Assembly (NCBI RefSeq): GCF_006345805.1
Contig: NC_043006.1
Location: 17,918,001-17,982,000, forward strand
DNA from: Octopus sinensis
Lineage: Eukaryota
Reading direction: 5' to 3'
DNA: 64,000 nt
The translations under genes and the position numbers were made by a program. Of this stretch, positions 23,971 to 36,755 are shown one piece after another. The first letter of the stretch is position 1. Every line of letters starts with the position of its first letter. The notes under the pieces were generated by a model. The model searched no databases. It was not told where the DNA came from and saw nothing but the letters and a program-made list of their open reading frames with translations.

Positions 23971-26027
23971 ACAACACAAAAAAAATTATATATCAAGAAC
24001 ATCATTCTGAAAGTCAAGCAATAAAGAAGCAGAATCTTGTGACAATGATAATTTGTAAATGCCCTGAATAAAGTATTGAACTTTAGCAAGGTTTAGCTAA
24101 TATAAGAGCCGCTATATGGTTGACCAACCTGCTTCAAAGAGCAGTTAAAACTCTTTCAAATTACACCTTGCCATCTTGAGGCAGTCATATAAATTTGTAA
24201 ATATCCTGACAAAAGTATTGAACAGCTAATATGGGAGCCTCTGCATGGCTGATCAACCTGCTTGAAAGAGCAGCTAAATCTCCAAATTACACCTTGCCAT
24301 CTTAAATCAAGAAAGGGCATCAGCCTTGTGAGTGAGTTTGGTTGATGGAAACTGAATGAAGCTTGACATTTGTATATCTTTGCTTGTTTCTCCTCATCTT
24401 GACATCATGTGATAGTTGTAAATGAGTGTCATCACTGTCATACAAAACATGTCTGACCATGCAGAAATATTATGTTGCTTGGCTGTGGTTAAGGGTAGGT
24501 GTCAGGAAAGGCATACCACCACCACCCCATAGAAAATATGCCTCAGTAAACTGTGCAACCCATGCAAGCATGAAAAAGTGGATATCATGATGACAAGGAT
24601 GATGATGGTATGTGTGTGTGTTCATGCACATGTGCACTCACACCCACATTCACTAACAGCTTCTTCACAGTTTCCATCTACCATAATTCACTCACAAGGC
24701 ATTGATTGGCCCTGGGTTATAGTAGAAGACACTTGCCAAAGGTGCCATGAAGAAACTGTATAGAAGGCTGTTCAGTGTGTGTGTGACAACTGGTATTGGT
24801 TTGTTTATATCCTTGTAACTTGGCAATTCCATAAAAGGGGGGTTGATAGAACATACACCAGGGTGCCTTGTGAAATGCATTGGTATGGGTGCTGGTGCCA
24901 CATAAAAAGCTCTGGTGCTGGTGCCACACAAAAGACACTGGTGATAGTGCCATGTAAAAAGCACCCAGTACACTCTGTAGAGTGGTTGGCATTAGGAAGG
25001 ATATCCAGCTGTAGCAACCAAGCTAAAACAGACTTTGACCCCTAGCTTTGCCAGTTCCTGTGAAACCGTCCAACCCATGCCTGCCAGTAAAACAGACGTT
25101 AAATGTTGATGATGATGATGGTGGTGATGATAACTTCCACTATGTAGAAGGTTTGATCTGATCTACTAATTCCATCGAACCTGAAATTATGTGGTTATAA
25201 AGCAAGCTTCTCAAACATGCAGAACCTTTTTCTTTTTAATGATTATATTCCTTGGATCCTGTCAAGCCATCCAACCCATGCTAATATAGAATATGGATGC
25301 TAAATACTACTACTGATGATGATAATGATGGTGATGTTGTATTTTTCTCTGTCTTTTAGTTCAGGTTGTGATTTTTAAATTAAATTTAAAGAAACAAAAT
25401 TAAGGCTTCAAAAGCTGCTGTTCACATTAGCTTGTTTAGATAATATTAATCTAAAAGTGAGAATTTTTGCTTGTTTATTGTTAATCATTTCAGCATATGC
25501 TACACATAGAAAAACATTTTCACTTTATAATAGTTGGAATTACAATTACGGCTTGTTTTTATCTTGTTTATTCCTTTTTGTTTTAATACAACCATGGATT
25601 TATTCTAATCCATATCCAGTTTATAAAACAGAGGTGAAGCCTAAAGAGGATAAGCTTATGGATGACTCAAAAGTGCTAATCCATCTAAAGGGTTCTGGCA
25701 AAAATTTCCGTTGACTTTTTGAGATTGTTGCACTATTGATGTCAGATAAAATTATTTGTTGGGAAATGTTAATAAATTTTTCAAATTACACAGCTAACAA
25801 TAATAAAGAAAAATAAAGCACTGGAGTTAGTTAATTCAGTGTCATTCATGTGAAAAACTATCAGTGCTAGTGATATGACATACGACTTCTCGTTGTCACT
25901 GTTATATCTGAACTGTTATAATATCAAGCATTCCTGATGTTCTCTTATTACTCCTTAACTGTGTATCTTCAACAAGCACTCTACGATATCTCTATTCAGT
26001 AGTTTCCTATGACCTGTACCACAGCCT

Positions 26028-26355
26028 CAACTGGCTTCTGTGCCGGTGGCACATAAAAGGCACCATCCGAATGTGGCCGATGCCAGCGCCACCTTGGCTG
26101 GCTTCCGTGCCGGTGGCACGTTAAAAGCACCAACCGATCGTGGCTGATGCCAGACCCCCCTGGCACCTGTGCAGGTGGCACGTAAAAAGCACCCACTACA
26201 CTCGCGGAGTGGTTGGCGTTAGGAAGGGCATCCAGCTGTAGAAACACTGCCAGATCAGACTGGAGCCTGGTGCAGCCCTGGCTTCCCAGACCCCAGTCGA
26301 ACCGTCCAACCCGTGCTAGCGCAGAAAACGGACGTTAAACGATGATGATGATGAT
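26028..26355 (+). mobile_element. RTE 3' tail fragment
   Basis: Ends CGGACGTTAAAC(GAT)n; further plus copies at ~24885-25118, 28455-28780, 30104-30427, 36160-36367, 47530-47900, 63180-63386. Confidence 0.8.
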
Positions 26356-26639
26356 ATGACACTCTTTCCGGACTGTTCTGCACATGCTCGTTTATACTAA
26401 CTAGTATGGTTCACTTAGCCAGTCATGGGGGTGTACAGATTCTCCGTACCACAGTTAGTGTTAATATTAACATTCTTAACATATTTGATGTAGTGACTGT
26501 CAAAAATACTTCTGGTGTGGAAAGGATGATATTAGCTCTTAGGCTAACATTACTTTAAACTTCCATAGAGGAGGTCTTATACATCAGAAACATATTAGAG
26601 TTGTCTCCCTGTTTTGAGGGGGAGGTTATGTTATTTTAC

Positions 26640-26915
26640 TTGCTGGGTCTGGTGGAAGGACCAGTGCTCATGACCTCTGCAAGCTCTCCTAAACAGGTGA
26701 AATTCTTGCCATTAATGTTCCGCTTGAATCTTTGCACGTCAACATCTTGTGGAAAGGCTTCGATTAAGTTAGCATTCCAGATGACCAAGATTGTAGGAAG
26801 AAAGTCTGTGACCAGTGGTTAGTCTAAGGCTAGTGGAATGGACATTACAAAGATGAAGAGAGGAAGAGAGATGAGTTGGTCAGGAGGTGGCAGGTGCCTA
26901 GCCAGCTCCAAGGAG
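26640..26915 (-). mobile_element. Old Jockey/CR1-group LINE C-terminal fragment
   Basis: Frameshifted minus-strand peptides SSLELARHLPPP, NHWSQTFF and IWNANLIEAFPQDVDVQRFKRNIN resemble the SFF.RT..LWN.LP..FP...L..FK..VN LINE C-terminus. Confidence 0.5.
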
Positions 26916-26925
26916 CTGAAGCCGT

Positions 26926-26959
<34 letters not shown>

Positions 26960-27231
26960 GTAGAAATGGCAGAGAGTAAAGACAGTTTACCAGTGTGCCA
27001 GAGACAAGAGTATGTCTACAGGTGACTTTATGTCCTTTGAAATGATTAAAATAATATTAATCATAGAGCTATTGTTGTCAGGTTCATACTATGTCTTTCT
27101 AATTAGATTTATTTTCTCATTACATTAAATCTGTTAACACTAATTCAACAATACTTTAGTCTCTAAGGATGTAGTTGTAAACAGACACAAAGCAATCTAT
27201 TTTTCTTTTTTTTTTTTTTTATCCAATGTGC

Positions 27232-27460
27232 TTAACCCTTTTGTTACTGTATTTATTTTGAGATGCTCTGTGTTTCTTTCAATTATTTTAAATATAACAA
27301 AGAAATTAGTAAAATAACTTAGTTATCATTCAGATAGTGTTAGGAACATAAATTGTGACTAAGGTTTGGTGGAATATTTTAATTCAAAATTTATGAAAAC
27401 AAGACATTTATACTACAGAGCCAGAGCCGGTTTTGGCCGGGTTGGTAACAAAAGAGTTAA
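27232..27460 (+). mobile_element. piggyBac-type MITE family A
   Basis: TTAACCCTTTTGTTAC ... GTAACAAAAGAGTTAA, body matches other A copies. Confidence 0.85.
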
Positions 27461-27806
27461 ATATTTCATCATAGCAAGCTTTCCAAATGGTCTAGGTTTT
27501 CTGTTGCTTTTATTTTTTTGGTTAAAGAGTAAAGAATGGACATGATTAAAATATTATAAATTTACAAAATGACACATTTAATGGAAGATTTGATAGACTT
27601 GTACAACACGTTGTGGTAGTGGTTTGGTTTTCTTTTACATTCTCAATTCAAATCTCACTCAAAGAGTAATGAGAATAGTTAGTTAAATCAACCTCAATGT
27701 TTTATTGGTACAAACTTTTTTCAACTGCAAGAGGATGAAAGATGAAGTCAACTCTGACAAGAGTTGAACTTGGTAGCCTGGCATTCAAAGCACACTGTGA
27801 AACATA

Positions 27807-28039
27807 CAGGCTTGGCCAAAAGTCACCCAACAGTAAATTAAAATTCCATTAATACTATCTGTAATTCTGTATTGACTTGAATGGGAAAACGTGTTGCTCA
27901 AGAAGGACTTCAGTTTGAACAATCTTCATGATGTTTCATATTTAGATGCTTTTATTAAATTCATTCAGTTGTTAAACATAAATAAATCTTAGAATTAAAT
28001 GGTTTTGATTTACTGTCAGGTGGCTTTTGGCCAATCCTG
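27807..28039. mobile_element. Tc1/mariner MITE (233 bp)
   Basis: TA|CAGGCTTGGCCAAAAGTCACCCAACAGTAAAT ... ATTTACTGTCAGGTGGCTTTTGGCCAATCCTG|TA. Confidence 0.82.
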
Positions 28040-31037
28040 TATAGTCTAGCTTATTAACTCACTCCTGTTTTAATACACACTGATTTAGTACATTGATACA
28101 AGGCCATAAATTTACAGCTAAAAAGTAGAGTCTAGTAGACTCCAGTGTATCACTGCTACTTTTATTTTTAATAGCTTAGTCAGAGGAAGAAGGGTTTTAC
28201 CTATAAATCTTTTCCCAGGGTTGACAGGCAGGAGTCATCCTCTGATAGTAAGCGAGGTGCAAATGCTTGCTATAAAGTTTGCAAAAAGTGCCAAAGGGCC
28301 AGATGGTGCTAAACCAGATAATGGATTAAATCAACTCATTACATTGACCCTGGAAAGAAGAAAGGCAATATATTTTGACAATGTGCTTGAGGAGACCTAT
28401 TGAGTCAAGTACATCAACATCAAAATAAATATCAAATGGAAATTGTAGTTGTGATACCCATGCCAGTGGCATGTAAAAAGTACCATCTGAATGTGGCCGG
28501 TGCCAGCACCGCCTTGACTGGCTTCCGTGCTGGTGGCACGTAAAAAGCATCAACCGATCGTGGCCGTTGCCAGCCTCCCCTTTTCCTGTGCCAGTGGCAC
28601 GTAAAAAGCACCCACTACACTCACAGAGTGGTTGGCGTTAGGAAGGGCATCCAGCTGTAGAAACACTGCTAGATCATACTGGAGCCTGGTGCAGCCTCCT
28701 GGCTTCCCAGACCCCAGTCGAACTGTCCAACTCATGCTAGCATGGAAAACAGACATCAAACAATGATGATGATGATGATGAATGTAAAGAAACATAACTA
28801 AGGCACTTTCATTTCAGTCCATTTTCATTTCTGTAGCTCTCCAGCCTCTTGTTTCCATATAAAATTTCTTTTCATTTTTTTCACTTTAGTAATTAACTTA
28901 AGAATCTGTGAAACATTTGATTAGAATGTTTTCCTCTCATTCAATTTAATCACTCAAACTTGTCTACTTCATGAATTTTCTTCCACTGCATGACCAGATT
29001 TCACTGTCATCAAATTATCAACACCTTAACATTACTTACTGGGGTAAATTAATATTATTTACTTAGAAAATTACTTTGGCTTCGTTCAACGACAGACATT
29101 TTCTAAACATGGTATTTCAGCAACATTATATGACAGTATTTATTCATGGTTTGAAGACTGGAAGTTTTTTATGTCCGAATTCGTGTTAAATAAACTTAAC
29201 AGATTTTGAAGTTATCATAAAATACTTCCACATTGTCATTTTCTTCTGCATTTGTAAGAAGCTTTCATAAATAATGAGAACATATTAATGGATATTTATA
29301 CTAGCTGAAGCATTAAATGATCCATCCTTTTGAAAAATCTGCATTAAATATATTAATGGATGGTAATAAAAACAATTCAACTAATGCTAGTGTAGAGAGT
29401 ATTTTCTTAGTTTTAGTTAAAGAACTTTCCTTAAGGGTTCCTAAGACTTTTATAGTGAATCTGAATGGTTTGAAAGCCACATAAATTATACAATGCTTTG
29501 AAATTGAGTATTGTATTTTGCTAAACTGGAAAAGATTTTTTTCTTTGTGTGCTGGTTGATTGAGAATAAATCAGTGTGCTAAAAATATCCATTTGTTTTA
29601 CATACTTTTTCCTTCTCCCCTCCACTCTCACCAAACCGGCATGGATTAGGCATATGTATTATCGAGGTATGGTTTTGCAGCTGGATACCCTTCCTGTCAC
29701 TAATATGTATCTGCTTCTTTTTGTTTTTCAAGTAAAGGATCTCTCGTTCCAAATGTATTCTATGGTGTGAGGTGAGCAGATATTTTGTTGACAGGAGAAC
29801 TGTTAATTACAGTATGACTCATAACAAGCAGTGTTTGTTGCAAATGTAAATGGACATGTAGATATGCATGCACACATGCTGTGAATATGAATACACACAC
29901 ACACACACACACACACATATGACTTGGCATTCTGTCGGTTATGACAACAAGGGTTCCAGTTGATCCAATCAGTGGAACAGCCAGCTTGTGTAATTAGCAT
30001 GCAAGTGGCTGAGCACTCCACAGACACGTGTACCCTTAATGTGATTCCTAGGGAGATTCAGCAAGACACAGAATGTAACAAGGCTGGCCCCTTAAATTAC
30101 GGATGGCTTCTGTGCCGGTGGCACATAAAAAGCACCATCCGAATGTGGCCGTTGCCAGTGCCGCCTTGGCTGGCTCCCGTGGTGGTGGCACATTAAAAGC
30201 TCCAACCGATCGTGACTGATGCCGGACCCCCCTGGCACCTGTGCAGGTGGCACGTAAAAAGCACCCACTACACTCACGGAGTGGTTGGCATTAGGAAGGG
30301 CATCCAGCTGTAGAAACTCTGCCAGATCAGACTGGAGCCTGATGCAGCCCCTGGCTTCCCAGACCCCAGTCGAACCGTCCAACCCATGCTAGCGTGGAAA
30401 ACGGACGTTAAACGATGATGATGATGATACTCATTTTTACCAGCTGAGCAGACTGGAGCATGGTGAAATAAAGTGTCTTGCTCAAGGATAAAATGAACAC
30501 ACATATCAAAGGGCTTCTTCCAGTTTCTGTCTATCAAATTCACTTACAAAGCTTTTGGTCAACCCAAGGCTACAGTATGGGACATTTGCCCAAGTTGTTG
30601 TACAGTGGGACTAACCTGAAACCTGAAGTATATTAAAACACACACACACACACACACACATACATGAAGTTGTGGTTCTGAATTGTGAAGGCACGTGGCT
30701 TAGTGGTTAGAGTATTCAGCTTGCAATCATAGGATTGCAAATTCGATTCCCAGCAGTGCATTGTATCCTTAAGCAAGGCACTTTATTTCACAGTGCTCCA
30801 CTCCACTCAACTGGCAAAAATGGATACTCTGTGTCACGCTGAATCTCCCTGAGAAGTATGTGAAGGGGTATGCGTGTCTGTGAAGTGCTCAGCCGTTTGC
30901 ACGTTAATCTCACGAGCAAGCTGTTCCATTGAGTGGATCAACTGGAACCCTTGTCATTGTAAGTGATGGAGTGCCAGTTTTTGGGGTGGGGTTCTGAATT
31001 AATAGTCATTTCATAGCTTGAAGATTTTGTAAATACT

Positions 31038-31263
31038 TTAACCCTTTCGTTACCAACCCAGTTGAAACTGGCTATGGCTCTGTAGTACAAATGTCTTGTT
31101 TTCATAAGTTTTGAATTAAAATCTATCAAACCTTAGTCACAATTTATGTCCCTAACACTAGCTTAATGATAACTAAGTTATTTTACTACATTCTTTGTTA
31201 TATTCAAAGTAATTGAAAGAAACACAGAGCACCACAAAATAAATACAGTAACAAATGGGTTAA
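31038..31263 (-). mobile_element. piggyBac-type MITE family A
   Basis: Reverse complement of the A body, TTAA at both ends. Confidence 0.85.
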
Positions 31264-31679
31264 TGTCTTTCTTAACTTCATTGTTTTTTCTGAGGATGAC
31301 ACATCAGAAAAGGTTTGTCTAAGGATTTTAAAACCAGTTAAAAGCAGATACCCTGAAAGCCAGGAACTTTCCAGCACCTCCTTGTTTGTGTGTGTGTGTG
31401 TGCATGTACAAGTACTGTTATAATATTGGGTTTTATTTACTATCCCAAATAATACTTTTTCCTATTGTTTCCATAATGGGAAGTTATTGATGAAGCAGTT
31501 ATTCTACTGGCACTGATTTTTTTTTTTTTTTATCTTATGCTAACAATTCATTTATATTAAACTGGTTTTGTAGTTTCTTTTGAACCCTTTCCATTTTGAA
31601 ATTGATGGAATGTATTATCATTTCTACAAAAATTGACTTCTTTGACATTCAAAACTTTATTATTCAGTCATAAAATACT

Positions 31680-32170
31680 ATAACCTTTTCGTTACCGTAT
31701 TTATTTTGAGATGCTCTGTTTCTTTGAATTACTTTAAATATAACAAAGAATTTAGAAAAATTACTTGGTTATCATTAAGCCAGTGTTAGGAACATAAATT
31801 GTGACTAAGATTTGGTGGAAGATTTTAATTCAAAACTTATGAAAACAAGACATTTGTACTCAGAGCCAGAGCCGGTTTCAGCTGGGTTGGTAACAAAAGG
31901 GTTAAAATATTTATTAAAAAAATTTTTGTTTAAGTTCCAGCTTAACCTTTTCGCTACCAACCCAGCTGAAGCTGGCTCTGGTTCTGAGTACAAATGTCTT
32001 GTTTTCATAAGTTTTGAATTAAAATCTTCCACCAAATCTTAGTCACAATTTATGTTCCTAACACTAGCTTAATGAAAACTAAGTTATTTTATTAAATCCT
32101 TTGTTAGATTTAAAAGTAATTGAAAGAAACACAGAGAATCTCAAAATAAATATGGTAACGAAAGGGTTAA
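31680..32170. mobile_element. Inverted dimer of family A MITEs (arms 31680-31905 and 31942-32170, 36 nt spacer)
   Basis: Arms are reverse complements; ORF track shows the same MVEDFNSKLMKTRHLYSEPEP peptide on both strands. Confidence 0.9.
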
Positions 32171-33023
32171 ACATTAGTTTAGAGTGCGGTCTCCCTCACT
32201 ACTGAAGAAGTGAAGTGAAAGTAAAATGTAAGCTAATGGAAAGAGCAAAATGGGAATGTTGAAGTGATAATTTTCATCATCATCATCTATTTTTTAAACA
32301 TCCACTTATCCAAGTTCACATGGTTTGGGTGGAATTTGTAGAGAGTTGATGACCCACCCTCACCTGTTTTCAAGCAAAATATTTCCTTATGGCCAGATAT
32401 GGTTTTGTGGAAGACTGAAAATGAAGGATGTCGCTTATATGACAGTGACAGTCATTTATAACTATAACATGGTGTCAAGACAAGGAGACATTAACACACA
32501 CATATATGTAAATACACACATTAAGCTTCTTTCAGTTTCAGTCTGTCATATTCACTCAGTCCAGGGCTATAATAGAAGACACTTGCCATACAGTGGGACT
32601 GAACACAAAACCATGTGGTTGTGAAGCAAACTTCTTAACCATACAGCCTTGCTTGTACCTTGTACATGTTAAATTAAAGAAAATAAAACATTGATCCAAA
32701 CAAGCTAAGTACCGTGTAAATTGAAAGACAATCGTATATTTTTCTGGCATCAAAATTGTTGATTTATATACTGTTTTGATGGATGTCTCATAACCTTATT
32801 AAATGGGAGTGCAAACCAATATTTGTTCCTATCTCTTGTGTAGTAATTCTCAGTTGAATAATGTATGTATTTCTGTAGTTAGTTATAACAAAAGAAAATG
32901 TTTGTTATTCGACATTTTGTCATGTTTTCATTATAGAAAATAACATTAAAACAGAGACATATTGGACAATTCCATGTTTATTCTTTCAGTAACAATCGGT
33001 CAATTTTCATCTGTTTATTCTAG

Positions 33024-33272
33024 GTTATTGCTGCTGAACCTGTTCAACTGTTAATGAAGCTGAGAGTTTATTTGGCAAACATCTGGAATATCTGGGACAC
33101 ATGCGCCATCTTGTTTTTTTCATTAGGAGTGTGTTTGCGTTTCAACAAAGACACTTTACAAGCCTCTCGTCTTGTTTATATCGTAGATGTTGTTTTGTGG
33201 TACATTCGTATTCTTGAAGTGCTCAGTGTTAATAAATACCTTGGGCCATATTTGAAGATCATTTGCAAGCTG
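33024..33272 (+). CDS. TRPM3-like: TRPM channel exon (S2-S3 linker, S3, S4, S4-S5 linker)
   Basis: TTCTAG acceptor at 33021-33023, GTAAGT donor at 33273; 83 codons VIAAEPVQLLMKLRVYLANIWNIWDTCAILFF...WYIRILEVLSVNKYLGPYLKIICKL; WN..D, WYIR.L and NKYLGPY are TRPM1/3/6/7-type motifs; phase 0/0. Confidence 0.96.
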
Positions 33273-33304
33273 GTAAGTATCTGTAACAAAATTAGTAGAA
33301 CTTT

Positions 33305-33598
33305 AACGTTTTTGTTTACCAGATTTCTGCATTTTGTTTTAATTAATTTTGAAAATGAAGAATTTAATAAAACTACTTTGTCATTAGTAAGTTGTTGTTT
33401 AGAACATAAATTAACAGGAAATTTTGATGGAAGGTGTTAACTTAGATTACTTTAACCCTTTAGTTACCATATTTCTTTTGAAATACACTGCGTTTTGTTT
33501 CAATTAATTTTGAAGAATTTAATAAAATTACTTTGTCATTATTAAGCTGAAGTTTGTATCATAGAACAGTTACAGGTGGGCTGGTATCAAAAGAGTTA
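33305..33598 (+). mobile_element. Family C MITE pair starting about 30 nt after the TRPM exon donor
   Basis: Same C motifs; second copy starts TTAACCCTTTAGTTACC at 33452, ends GGTATCAAAAGAGTTA. Confidence 0.68.
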
Positions 33599-34429
33599 CT
33601 GAGAAATTGTTAAATTATGCAAAGAAAAAAAATAGATTGAAATTACAAAACTGTCTTTCACTGTTACTTTATGATGTGAATTTTAAGCTTAATCCGCTAT
33701 TCTGTATTCTGTGTTCAAATTTCACTGTAGTTGATTCAATCAACTACAAAAATTGGCTTAGTTGAAAGAAAGCAATCAATCAATAAAGAGAAAACTTTTT
33801 TAACAAAACATTTGTTTTGGTAACAAAGTGAATTGATTTTGAAGCATTTTCTATGCACATTTACATTTCAAAACTGCTTCTATAAAAAGGATTTTTTTTT
33901 TTCAGACATTTTAGCAACAGCTTTGTCTAGGTCTATTGACTAGCATTTGGATTATTTTTCACACTACCTATGGAATAATTTATTTTATTCATATTGTGAA
34001 ACCCAACTAAATGTTATGTGGTTGAAGATTTTAGTCTCAGCAGATTCGAAGTTTTTGTCATGGTTATTATATTGTTCTACAACCAGGCACCACAGTATTC
34101 TACTTGATATTTAGTGTTGGTCATCAGAGACAATTGTTAGCGTTCTGCTATGATTTTGGTGATTTGAGCCATAGAATACATTCAGTTGCATAAGACTTTT
34201 AAGAACAGGTAAATACTAGAATTTTTGCAGGCAGCTTTCAATTCCTGCAAAACATGGAATAGATTATATATTTTTTTTTTTAGGAAAAACTATAAGTATA
34301 GAACTTGAATAATTTTTGTCACTGATTTTCTAAAAAAAAAAAGAATGATAATGATAATAATGATAATAATAATAATTACAGAATATGAAATTTTATTTAT
34401 TAATATATTTATTTTCGTTTCTATTTCAG

Positions 34430-34604
34430 CTGAGAGATATGTCATATTTCATCATCATCTTATTCATAGTTTTAATCAGTTTTGGAATAGTGCGACAAGC
34501 TGTACACTATCAACATGAAGATCCTTCCTGGCACATTGCACGCAATGTCTTCTTTTATCCATACTGGATGATCTATGGGGAATTGTTTGCTGAAGAAATA
34601 GATC
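34430..34604 (+). CDS. TRPM3-like: TRPM channel exon (S5, pore helix, selectivity filter)
   Basis: TTTCAG acceptor, C|GTAAGT donor; LRDMSYFIIILFIVLISFGIVRQAVHYQHEDPSWHIARNVFFYPYWMIYGELFAEEID; phase 0/1. Confidence 0.97.
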
Positions 34605-35038
34605 GTAAGTTAGCAATATTTTTTGAACCTATTTTTTAAAATTTTCTCTTGCTCAACTTACATTATCTCAGTTTTAGTTAGATTATTTTTTCTTACTGAA
34701 TTCTAAAACTTACTACTAATAGTTTCAAAGCTACATCAAATACATAATGCTTTAAAATCAAGTGCCACACTTTACTATACAGAGAAATATTGTTTTTTTT
34801 TATTCTTCTCCTGATGTCCCTAACACTAGGTTAATGATAACTAAGTTATTTTACTACATTCTTTGTTATATTTAAAGTAATTGAAAGAAACACAGAGCAC
34901 CACAAAATAAATGCAGTAACAAAAGGGTTAATGTCTTTCTTAACTTCATCGTTGTCACTGATTTTCTAAAAAAAAAAGATGTTAAGTGATGATGATGTAT
35001 GTGTGTATGAATGTATAAATGTTGTGTTTGTGTGTGTT

Positions 35039-35079
<41 letters not shown>

Positions 35080-36447
35080 GTGTGTGTGTGTGTATGTTTT
35101 GGCATGGTTTCTACAGCTGGATGAGTGAAGCAACAGTATGTTAGAAGTTATAAGTGGTAGTTCTGAACTGTTCTCAATTAATGATCACTTCTCAGAAACA
35201 TGCTATTTGATAATTTTTTTTGACTATTGGTTTAGTATTGATTAATTGTTTTTTTGAGGAGACAGTTTCTTTTTGGATTTAAAATTATACAGATATTAAT
35301 TATCTTGGAAATAAGTAGAATAAGTAGATAAAAGTTGTCATCATTATCGACATCATCATTTCAACATCTACTTTTCCATGCTTGCATGGGTCAGATGAAA
35401 TTCATTGCAGGAGATTTTCTCTGGCTGGATGCCCTTCTGGTTTCCAAGCTAGTTACTATTTTCCCCCAAACCTTCAAATACAAACACAATGGCTGGACAT
35501 GTTTTTAGCAAACACTGCTTCTATGAGAGTGACAACTTTTACAATTACTATAGAATGTCAAGGCAAGAAGACACAAACACCCATGCATACATAATTACAT
35601 ACGTATATATATATATATATATATATATATCTGATTATGTATGTATACACACACATATATCATCATCATCATTGTCGTTTAACATCCGCTTTCCATGCTG
35701 GCATGGGTTTATTGGTTTGACTGAGGACCGGCAAGGTTTCTACAGCTGGATGCCCTTCCTAAAGCCAACCACTGAGAGTGTAGAGGGTACTTTTTACGTG
35801 TCACTAGCACAGGAGCCAGTCAGGTGGCACTGACATCGACTATGCTAAAATGGTGCTTTTCATGTGCCACCGGCACAGGAGCCAGTCAGGTGGCACTGGC
35901 AATGACCATGCTCGAATGGTGCTTTTTACCAAACCCCCACTCTCGTGTCTTTCCTATATTTCATGGATATGTCCCAGCACACCTTTACCTCCATCTCTTT
36001 CACTATTGCTCACTCTATCTTATTCTCTCACTCACCTGCTCTCCTTATCTTACTCTCTAACTTGTTCTATCTATCTATGTATCCACTCTACAGGAAGACA
36101 CCTGCCACAATGCTATTCCCCCATTCCCAGCCAATCATTTTTGTCTTGCATATTGCTTGGCGCTGATGCCATGTGAAAAGTACTGGTGCCAATGCCACAT
36201 AAAAAGCATTCAATACCCTCTGTAAAGTGGTTGGCATTAGGATGAGCATCAAGCTGTAGAAACCATGCCAAAACAGGCAGGTAGAATCTTGCTCTTCCTT
36301 AGCTGCTCCTATCAATCCCCCCAATACATGCCAGCATGAAAAACAGATGTTAAGTAATGATGATGATGTGTGTGTGTGTATGAATGTATAAATGTTGTGT
36401 TTGTGTTTATATGTGTGTATATATATATATATTTATATAGCTGTACA

Positions 36448-36494
<47 letters not shown>

Positions 36495-36497
<3 letters not shown>

Positions 36498-36714
36498 GAA
36501 GTAAACACATAAATGTGAAACAAGGTGGAAAAAAGAGTACTCAAATACCAGGGGTAGAGTAATATGCTTTATTTAAAAGCAGCAGAAATTCAACAAAACC
36601 TGTTACTCGGAGTTTCACGTTCCCATTTGTTGGACAGTTTTGTTAGTCCAACGAACGGGAACGTGAAATTCCGAGTAACAGGTTTTGTTGAATTTCTGCT
36701 GCTTTTAAATAAAG
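36495..36714. repeat. TA-flanked fold-back element, 69 bp arms, hammerhead-like motif in each arm
   Basis: Arms 36567-36635 and 36646-36714 pair with one mismatch and two G-T. Confidence 0.85.

Positions 36715-36755
<41 letters not shown>

Noticed and set aside
25457-25714. 85 aa ORF MRIFACLLLIISAYA... resembling a signal peptide
   Set aside because: Starts at GTG in AT-rich intron, no splice or homology support
33273-33440. ORF-track extension VSICNKISRT... after the TRPM exon, and similar extensions at 34385, 50717 and 61708
   Set aside because: Intronic read-through; splice sites and phases define the real boundaries
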